From the NCBI GenBank assembly GCA_051294375.1, contig CM119265.1, positions 1,131,780-1,162,516 on the forward strand: a stretch of 30,737 nt of DNA, written 5' to 3'. A program made the translations under genes and the position numbers. This DNA is from Paraspadella gotoi. Taxonomy: Eukaryota > Animalia > Chaetognatha. Shown here one piece after another: positions 18,696-27,738 of the stretch (its first letter is position 1; the number at the start of each line of letters is the position of its first letter). Under the pieces are notes generated by a model. That model did no database searches. It was not told where the DNA came from and saw only the letters and a program-made list of their open reading frames with translations.

Positions 18696-20072
18696 GAGTC
18701 AGAATTATCTCTAGAAAGGGATAGCTATCACGAAACTTACTTTTTTAATGCCGATCAAAAAAAAAAAAAAAAAACAAGAACAAAAAACAAAAACGAAAGG
18801 CAAACAAAATGAAAGGACAAGACCAGAGGAAAGTAAATAACGTGGTTTACAATATCCTGGCAGAGGATGGGATTAGAACAAAAAAGCCTTATTTTCCCAG
18901 AATACCCCATTTCATTTTAAATTCTTAATTAGATTAATTTTTCAATTTAAAAATTAGGTTAGAGTTTTAAGGTTAGAGATTAAATTAAGGATATGGTTAG
19001 TTATTAAGATCAGTGATTAAATTAGTAATAAGGGTTAAGGATTAAAGTTAACGACGAGAGTTTTAAGAGGTTTTAGGGTTTAAGGTAAAAGGTTTTAGGG
19101 TTTAAGGTCAGGGGTCTTAGGGTTTAAGGTAGGGGTTTTAGGGTTTATGTTTAAATATTATGGATAAAGGTTTAAGGTCAAGGTTTAAAATTAGGTTAAA
19201 GTTCAGGAATAGGATAAATACTAGGTTTAAGTTAAATATTAAAATTATTCTAGGCAAAAAAACAGAAATTGAGCGATATGGGAAAAGAGAGCCAAAAAAA
19301 AAGCCTTGATGTCAATACATTTTATAATTTTATTATCTGATCTGTTTACATTTATTGAAAGCTTTGATTGAAAGCTTGTAAGGTTTTATATTTTGTCATT
19401 ATCTTTTAATCGGAATGGAGGCTTAAATCCACTATATTCCTGGGCAAGATTCTTTGTTGTTTAATTTTGAGGAGTTTTGTACCAAATTAATTTGTGACAA
19501 AATAAAAAAAAAAGAAACCTCAAATAAACGATAAAGAAAATCATTCAATTGATTTTTTATACATACTATACATATTTAAACAAATACATATCACCTGTTT
19601 AACCCTTAATCGTCTGAACTTTTGGTTTCGCAATTTTGCGGAGGAGTTTCTCGTTGCTAAGCGATGGCGCGGCGAATGAAGACAACAACAAAGTCGTGAA
19701 TCGATGACGATGACGATGACGAAGACGACAACGACGACTATTACAGTTTATCGATCAATAGTTATCTCCATCTCACTTTCGCCTTTCTCTCTCTCTCTNN
19801 NNNNNNNNCTCTCTCCCTCTTTCTCCCTCAATCCCTTAAGAGAAAAGGATATACTTTTGATGTCGGGATTTGGTTGGCAACTGTGACTCCAAAATCAAAG
19901 GAGAGAGAGATAGAGAGCGAAAGAGAGAGAGAGAGCGAGTCACAAGATTACCGCGTTTTCTCCCCACTTAATTCTCCCACTGTTGTCACCCACAGTTTTA
20001 CAGGTCCTCGTCAAAACCGAGAAGCAAGCAAACAACACCCCAATCAAACAGTCAAACATCTACAAGCAATAT

Positions 20073-20497
20073 ACCGACCGAACCGACCGACCGACCGACC
20101 GACACGACCGACCGACTGACCGACCGACCGACCGACCGACCGACCGACCGGACCGACCGACCGACGACGACCGACCGACCGACCGACCGACCGAGACGCG
20201 ACGACGACCGACCGAGACCGACCGAGGACCGACCGACGACCGACCGACCGACCGGACCGATTGACGACCCGACCGACCGACCGACCGACCGACCGACCGA
20301 CCCGACCGAGACCGACGACCGCCGACCGACCACCGACCGAGACCGACCGGACGGACCGACCGACGACCGACCGACCGACCGACGACGACGACGACCGACC
20401 GACCGACCGACCGACCGACCGACCGACCGACCGACCGACCGACGACCGACCGACCGACCGACCGACCGACCGACCGACCGACCGACCGACCGACCGA
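20073..20497. repeat. (ACCG)n microsatellite, about 420 bp, indel-degraded
   Basis: Directly visible. Confidence 0.95.
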
Positions 20498-20834
20498 CTT
20501 ATAAGCGAATAAGAAGAAGAATTATTTAGGCCCCAATCATTTAAGTTAATAATTTCTATCGTTGTTTTTTTTCAAAGAAAGAAAGAAACAAACTAAAATA
20601 TAAAACAAATAAAGGAACAATTGAAAAACAGCACCATTTAGCGAAAGCGCCCCATTTCTGTTAATAATCCCCAAATTTAATTTCAACTAAAACATTTTTA
20701 TCTTTTAATCTTTTCCTAAATACATAACCTATTCATCAACCATAAATTTGTTAAAACTTCATAATATCTGATTATATAAATTTATAAAATTTATAAAACA
20801 AGGAATCAATTTAAAGTTTAATTTTCATAGAGCT

Positions 20835-20945
20835 GATGCCTGAGGCGTGTGGCATCTCATCACTTGGCTTTAGGGGCTTCGGACCCTCGGTGGAAGCCTC
20901 AAATCCACTGGCGCGTTTAAGTAAACTCCGTCACGCTTTGCCATG
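20835..20945. repeat. Dispersed GC-rich multi-hairpin repeat, copy B
   Basis: GGCATCTCA..TTGGCTTT.GGGGCTTC.GACCCTC.GTG...GCCTC....CACTGGCGCG...CGCTTTGCCA is shared with copy A. Confidence 0.7.
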
Positions 20946-21415
20946 AAAAAGTTTACACATATAATTCATTTTTAATTTGATTCTCTTCATTAACTGGATT
21001 TTATATTAAAAAAAACAAACTTTAAAAAGGGAAAAAATTTCGGTTTATTTTAAGTTTTAAACCAACTTAATGATGAACTTCAAATTTGGTATGAATTACA
21101 TTGATGTATCATATCATTTTGATATGAGAAATACTACATACATAGCTTAAATGATTTTGTTCTTAGTTTTTGGGTTTTTTAATTTTTTTTGTGTGTTTTT
21201 TATTTTTTTTTGCTTTTTGTTTGTTTTTTTTTTAATCTTTTTTTAAATATTTTTTCAGTTTTTTAAAAATCACATTAAAAAAACTACATCAAAAGGAAAT
21301 ATTCATAAGCCACTACATCAAAGAAAGTTACCTAATTCTTAACATTGAAAAAATCGACAATTTTAAAACATTTTAAAAACATTTATCGATAAAAAAAACT
21401 TAATTCAAAAACATC

Positions 21416-22255
21416 TTAATTCAATTTCTTTTTCGGCAAAACGAATTCGCCTCCTTTCAAAATGGGCAGGAGATCCCAGCCAGGACGGTCTTCTCTTTTC
21501 ACGCTGGGCATCCACAACGCCATGACCCAAAGGACCTTGCCTTGCGCGCCGAGCGGAGCCTTTCGATGGACGACCCTAATGGAGCCGTCTTTTTCGAAGC
21601 TAAAACACTTGCAGCTTCGACTACGGGACGCCGGAGAGCAGGGCAGCTGCACGGGGCAGATGTTGAGCTGTTCGCCGTCGAAGTGGGAAGGATAAAGGCT
21701 TCGAAGGGGGAGGTCGGCGGGAGATGTCGGAGGAGTTGGTACTGGAGGAAGGTTTGGCGCTGCAAGATAGGCAGGCGCTGCAAGATTGTTTGGCGCCGCT
21801 GGATAGGCAGGGGCTGCATGATTGTTTGGCGCCGCCGGATAGGCGGGCGCTGCAAGATTGTTTGGCGTAGCCGGGTTTGACATAGCAGGATAGACGGGCG
21901 CCGCAGGATGGAGTAGTGACGCGGAATGGACGGGCTTCGCAGAATAGATTGGCGCGGTTGGATAGACTGGCGCCGCAAATTGGTTGGGCACCGCAGGATG
22001 ATTACGCTCCGTAGGCGGGATGGGAACCATGGGATGTATTGGCAGAGCGGATACCATGGGTGGAGTTGGAACCCTCGGCGGGATGGGCACCGCGGGCCAG
22101 GCGGGCACCGAAGAAAAGATCGGCGCCGCAGGAGGCCAGGCGGGCGCCGCGAACGGCGCTGCACCAGGCGACGGTCTTTGCCAGGATGAGGTTGGCCTGG
22201 CGAGGCCAGGAACGAAGGGAGTCGCCAGTGGGTTGAGATTCGAGTTGAGAAACAT
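21416..22255 (-). CDS. Intronless 279-aa Pro/Ala-rich protein with N-terminal PAM2-like motif; unknown function
   Basis: Uninterrupted GC-rich ORF in AT-rich surroundings, AAAATG start context; SNLNPLATPFVP resembles the PAM2 consensus SxLNPNAxEFVP; AAPAYPAAPNNL repeats; non-repetitive C-terminal ~80 aa. Confidence 0.72.
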   Translation of the reverse strand: MFLNSNLNPLATPFVPGLARPTSSWQRPSPGAAPFAAPAWPPAAPIFSSVPAWPAVPIPPRVPTPPMVSALPIHPMVPIPPTERNHPAVPNQFAAPVYPTAPIYSAKPVHSASLLHPAAPVYPAMSNPATPNNLAAPAYPAAPNNHAAPAYPAAPNNLAAPAYLAAPNLPPVPTPPTSPADLPLRSLYPSHFDGEQLNICPVQLPCSPASRSRSCKCFSFEKDGSIRVVHRKAPLGAQGKVLWVMALWMPSVKREDRPGWDLLPILKGGEFVLPKKKLN

Positions 22256-22515
22256 TTTGAAATCGCGAGAGAGAGAGAGAGATATATGATTTTTGAAAGA
22301 TTTGATTGAGAGAGAGACGATAGGAAAACTTGGAGAGTTTTTGTGAGAAAATCGCGAGAGCGAGAGTGAGTTTGTGATCGAGAGAGATCGAGAGAGCGAG
22401 TGAGAAAGTTCGTTATGGGAGAACGTTTTTCCGAATGGAATGAAATTTTTTCGAAATCTCGTCTCCCCCTTTTAAAAGAGCGAACGGACAACCGCGCGGA
22501 AAGAAAAAGCCCCCC

Positions 22516-22558
<43 letters not shown>

Positions 22559-22559
22559 G

Positions 22560-22594
<35 letters not shown>

Positions 22595-25005
22595 CGAGAG
22601 AGAGAGAGAAGAGTGAACCATGACCGATGGAAATCGCAACGAACGACGATGAACGACGGACGGACGAACAAAACTTAAGACGAAAAGAAAATCACCGAAT
22701 TTATTGTTAAATGTTGTATTTAATTTAATTTCGAATATTTAATGTTATATACAATCACAGTGATGATTATATTCATGATATGGCAAAAAAACAAATATTA
22801 GAAGTTAGCAATCAATTTAAATATAAAAATTGTAAATTCCATTAAATAATGACATCGAACATCGGTTTGAAATCGATGGTGCATTAAATATACAAAACAT
22901 TGATTGCTAAAAAGATATGTATTTAATTGATTAGGAAAATTTAAAAATCTACGTTAGAATTTGTGCGGATGAAACTTGAAATTTAAATTAAACTTAAAAT
23001 CTGAAATTAAAAACTAAAATTTAAAACCAAGAGAATGTATTTCTTTATTTATTTTCGGTGGTAACAGTGATGAAATATTTATTACTAGGACTATAACCTA
23101 ATTAAATAAAAGCTAAAACTTTTCACATTATTTCCCATAGAATATTTTTTTAAGGTCTGGGATCATTCAGAGAAGAATACCAAAGAATAAATACCCAATA
23201 GTATAAATATAAAAAACTCATGAATATACTTTCAGTATCGTTTACTTTCCAAACCAACTTTTCTTTTAAATACTATATTAATATTGATTTGGGTCGAGTG
23301 ATTGCTGGCGTTAAATATTTTTTTTTTTCGATATCGACCTAAAAAAAACTTGGATTCTTAATTCTCTATATTTTTGTCAATATTCTGAAAAATTCTTACA
23401 CCAATTTCGGTTTCAAGTGGACAAATAATGCAGTTAATCTCATCACAAAATCGATTTTCATAGTAACTGACTGTTTATTGTAACTGACTGTTTATTGAAA
23501 TAGGCTTGGGGGAAAAAAAAGAATCAGACAAAAAAAAAAGAGTCAAAGAAAAGGAAAAAAAGAAAGAGAGAAGAGAAGAGAGGAGAGAGAGAAAAGAGAG
23601 AGAGAGAGAGAGAGGAGAGCGGAGAGGAGACAGAGCGAAGAGAGAGAGAGAGAGAGAGAAGAGAGAAGAGAGAGAGAGAGAGAGAGAGATTTCCGTGAGA
23701 TCGCGAAACCACAATGAAATTCCGGTTTCACGATTCGAATTCAGTCAAAAAAAAAGATTAGAGAGAATGTATAGAAAACCGACAATGAGTCATGATCCCT
23801 TTGTTATGTCCCACATGGACCCACAAAGACCCTCGATTCGCGCAGGTGCACCCTTGACACCGATCGGGGTCAGAACGCCCCCCCCCTTTTTTGACCAGAG
23901 CCTCTTTTGTCAATTGTGCCATCGACTTTCGAAAGTCGGAAAGAAACCCGAGGGAAAGATTAGGCTTTCGTTGGGGTCGATACAATCCCAATACAAAATA
24001 CAGAGACAATAAAAAAATCTATTTCGCTGTTTTTGATCTCTCTCTCTACTCATCTCTCTCTCTCTCTCCTCTCTCCTCTCATCTCTCTCTCTCTCCTCTC
24101 GCGTCTCGTCTCGCTCTCTTCTCCTCTCTCTCTTCAGAAGAATTGAATAGTTTGTTATAAAAATGATCGACAAACTTACTCAAATTGTAATTTGGATTTT
24201 TAAAATTTTTAATGTCTTTTAAATTACATAATCTTGTCAGTAAATCATTTAGATCATATCAGAACATCGAAGTATGATAAATCTGTCTGTCTGTCTTTCT
24301 GTCTGTCCGAATTTTTTTTACTTATGTTTACTCATAAGTATTCCAATTATTCATAATAGGATGGATGTATTGAGATAACATTTTGTGTGGGTAAGAAAGT
24401 GTCAGATTTAACAGACTTATCATCCGATTATCTGTTTCCCGCTAAATTATCGAAGGCAGATCTGACAATGTTTTTGTTGTCGTTGTTGTTATCATTTCAG
24501 ACAGAGACAGAGACAATGTGGAATGGCACGGCATATGGTAAGAGACACGAGGCGAATGGCAAATGGCTTCTGAGAAATTGTTAGGAATCGTTTAGACTGT
24601 AGTATAAAAAAAGTTAAATCTACCGAAAATATTGATCCTTTATACAGTTTAAAAATTCTTTGAAATATTATACCACTTCATTGAGAGGGAAGCCAGGCAC
24701 TCTGGGAGTGAATAAACGAGACTGTGAGAGAGTCTTGATTGAATGTTTGCAGGGACCTGCTATGTCATTATCTTGTAAGAGTGATGGAGGCCTTAAACCA
24801 CCAATGTCCATTGTCTAAAGTCAGGGTCAAGATAGCTTATTTATTAAATGAATGGAGTTTCTGGCACGCGCAAGAATTGATTCGACATCGAATTGAGAGC
24901 AGAAAACATTCGTAGGATTTCTTCTTTTTTCTTTCTTTTTTTTTTTTTTTTGTCAGATAAAACGATAAAGAATTTCCAAATGACGACGTGAAACAAATGA
25001 ATATA

Positions 25006-25101
<96 letters not shown>

Positions 25102-25745
25102 GTACAAACGAGACGCGTGTGAATTGTGAAATGTCGTAAACAGACTTGAGGGCGTCGGCGACCGCTCCATATCCATGACCCGTTCCATTTCTGGAGAACA
25201 ATACGTAATGATGGAAATTGGTACAACCAATGGTANNNNNNNNNNNNNNNNNNNNNNNNNNNNNNNNNNNNNNNNNNNNNNNNNNGAGAGAGAGAGAGAG
25301 AGAGTCACAGAATACTATTCCGAAATATCGTGCAGAGATAACGTTTTTTTCCTGAGTAAATCCAATTTCTTCGGTTTTTTTTCATTGTTTTTTCCTATTC
25401 TCTCTCTCTCTTCTCTCTCTTCTCTCTCGTGCAGTTTAACCCGAGGAAACGAGCGGAGACCGATTGGCTGATAATCACAATCAATTGCTTACATTACGAT
25501 GGCTAATATTGCAGATATCATTATCTTTTCTTTTTTGTGATTATTATTTTTAAACCTATCTCCCATATTTAAAATCATTCGAAAAACGAATATAATGTAT
25601 GTTAATTAAAACAAAAAAATTAACTCAGAAACAAAAATCAAATGACGAATCGTTATTATTTCTCGTCTTTTTTTTAACGACTTTCGATTAATGTATTATA
25701 AAATGCGTGTAGCCGGGAATTGCAAAAGTTCACACCGCATGTCAG

Positions 25746-25810
25746 GACCCCGTGGCTCATTGAGTAATTTCGTCAGCTCATGACCATCAGGTACCAGGAT
25801 CGATCCCTGG
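25746..25810 (+). mobile_element. tRNA-derived SINE head or tRNA-like pseudogene fragment
   Basis: GACCCCGTGGCTCATTGAGTAA...TCAGCTCATGACCATCAGGTACCAGGATCGATCCC aligns with the 11781-11720 head; degenerate B box; no 3' acceptor stem. Confidence 0.55.
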
Positions 25811-26523
25811 AAAGAAACTAACAGCCCTAAATTTACTTGTCTGTATTCTTGGTAACGACAGCATATATAATAGTCCTACCAATTTCATAATAAGATCGAT
25901 TTCACTATACTGTCACTAACTCCTTATATTTCTGTCTCTTTGCTTGCTTAATATTTATCGTGTTCCACATTATCATTTGGAATTAATATATTTTAAGAAT
26001 TAAAAAAAAAATTCTTTAACTTGTTTTTATCTTTATTCATATTAAACTTTTATTAATCGCTAACAATATCGGTTTTTTTTACAAATATTTGTAACGAGTT
26101 TCCTCATCCAAACATGATTTTTGGGACTTGTCCTGTAATAGACCTTTTCCGCTAATACACATTGCCCGACTACAATACCGCAATCGTTAGAGTTTTGGCA
26201 AACCCGAGTTCGTCCCTCCAGAAAGTTCCTTCCTTCTTCAAAGAGTAGACGAACTGCGGCCTCGTAACCCAGGTTCTTCCTTTGTTGTACCAATCAGGAC
26301 AAGCATTCGGAGCCCTAATACAAATTATCATAAAATAATTTTATAACTTTTATAACTTTTATAACTTTTATAACGTTGTCCGTATTTGCTTCCCACTTGA
26401 ATTACTCATTTATCGATTGATGGGAAATTAAGTCCGTAACTAGGATTTAAAGGAAAGCGAATATTATTAATTTTTTCCAAAAAATTTAATAATGTTTTGA
26501 ATTGCATTAAGGTCTATGTACAT

Positions 26524-26853
26524 TGTAAAACAACAATTTGAATATATAAATATATTGGATCGGAGGCTCGGGCAAACTCCGCAAGAATGGAATCGCCAAA
26601 TCCTCATTGGAAACCGGAATGGACCAATCAGCTTGCAGAATCCTTGAAAATGTCTAAATCCATTTTGCCTCTGATCCTCTTCTCAGCTATAAATAGTTCT
26701 AATTCTAGTTCTAATTTCAGTAGGATTGCTAAAGACTCTTGCGCCTGTCTCACTGTCACCTTTATTCTCAGAATAAAATCTTATCTTGATTTCGCCCCAA
26801 GAAATCCATGAGTTTTTCCTTCAATGTGGTGGCAGCGGTGAGATTCGAACCCA
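26524..26853 (+). mobile_element. 5' LTR plus tRNA-Leu primer-binding site of a truncated LTR retrotransposon
   Basis: TGGTGGCAGCGGTGAGATTCGAACCCA (26827-26853) is complementary to a tRNA-Leu 3' end including CCA. It is preceded by ...TTCA (26823), AATAAA (26772) and TATAAATA (26688). The LTR start at TGTAAA 26524 is a guess. Confidence 0.65.
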
Positions 26854-26936
26854 TATTTTTTTAAGATTTTCATAAATTCAGGACTTTAATTTGTTAACCG
26901 ATAATAAATGATAAAGAAGCCTAGGCTTATTTTTGC

Positions 26937-27287
26937 TCACTTCACTTCACTTTCACTTCACTTCACTTTCGCTTCACTTTACTTCACGTCACTTTCACTT
27001 CACGTCACTTCACTTTCACTTCACNNNNNNNNNNNNNNNNNNNNNNNNNNNNNNNNNNNNNNNNNNNNNNNNNNNNNNNNNNNNNNNNNNNNNNNNNNNN
27101 NNNNNNNNNNNNNNNNNNNNNNNNNNNNNNNNNNNNNNNNNNNNNNNNNNNNNNNNNNNNNNNNNNNNNNNNNNNNNNNNNNNNNNNNNNNNNNNNNNNN
27201 NNNNNNNNNNNNNNNNNNNNNNNNNNNNNNNNNNNNNTCACTTCACTTCACTTTCACTTCACTTTCACTTCACTTCAATTTCACTTC
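26937..27287. repeat. (TTCAC/TTTCAC)n microsatellite spanning the N gap 27025-27237
   Basis: Visible on both sides of the gap. Confidence 0.9.
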
Positions 27288-27704
27288 TATGTTTCAAAGA
27301 ATGTTTCAATTGTATGAAAAGACCACTCCCTTAAGTATTAGATCGGGGAATACTATATTGTACTCCGCCCAGCATCAAAATACAAGGAGCTGAATTTGAT
27401 AAAATTGGTACAACCAATATAAAAATTATCTATTCATTTAATAAATAAGCTAACTTACCCCTGACTTTGGACAGGCTTTGGTGGTTTATTATTTAAACTT
27501 GTAATTAAATCAATTAAATTATAAATTCGGATTATCAAAAACGCATAGATATAAAATAGGATTATAATTTTAAAATTCTCTCAATTGTTCGTTTGTATAT
27601 TTGTGATTTTATATTATAACTTCATAAAATCATATTACGTTAAATCTAAAGTTAAGGCTTAATGGCTTCCCTTTCATTTTTAATGCACGACGCTAAACCT
27701 CGGT

Positions 27705-27738
<34 letters not shown>

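Noticed and set aside
19060-19200. Telomere or interstitial telomeric array
   Set aside because: Too degenerate and mixed (TTTAGGG, TTAAGG); better explained as the interior of a repeat element.
19874-20512. PTDR-repeat and VGRS-repeat ORFs
   Set aside because: Translations of the (ACCG)n microsatellite.
21499-22671. 390-aa minus-strand ORF and + strand ORFs overlapping the PAM2 ORF
   Set aside because: Alternative frames of a GC-rich repeat region that run into (CT)n; the 279-aa frame has an ATG in good context and a recognisable motif.
25746-25815. Functional tRNA-Met(CAT) gene
   Set aside because: Degenerate T-loop, poor anticodon stem and no acceptor-stem complement; the related copy reads TAT and continues into a SINE-like body.
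26587-26811. 74-aa + strand ORF and coil-like minus frames
   Set aside because: Falls inside the putative LTR; minus frames are interrupted by stops.
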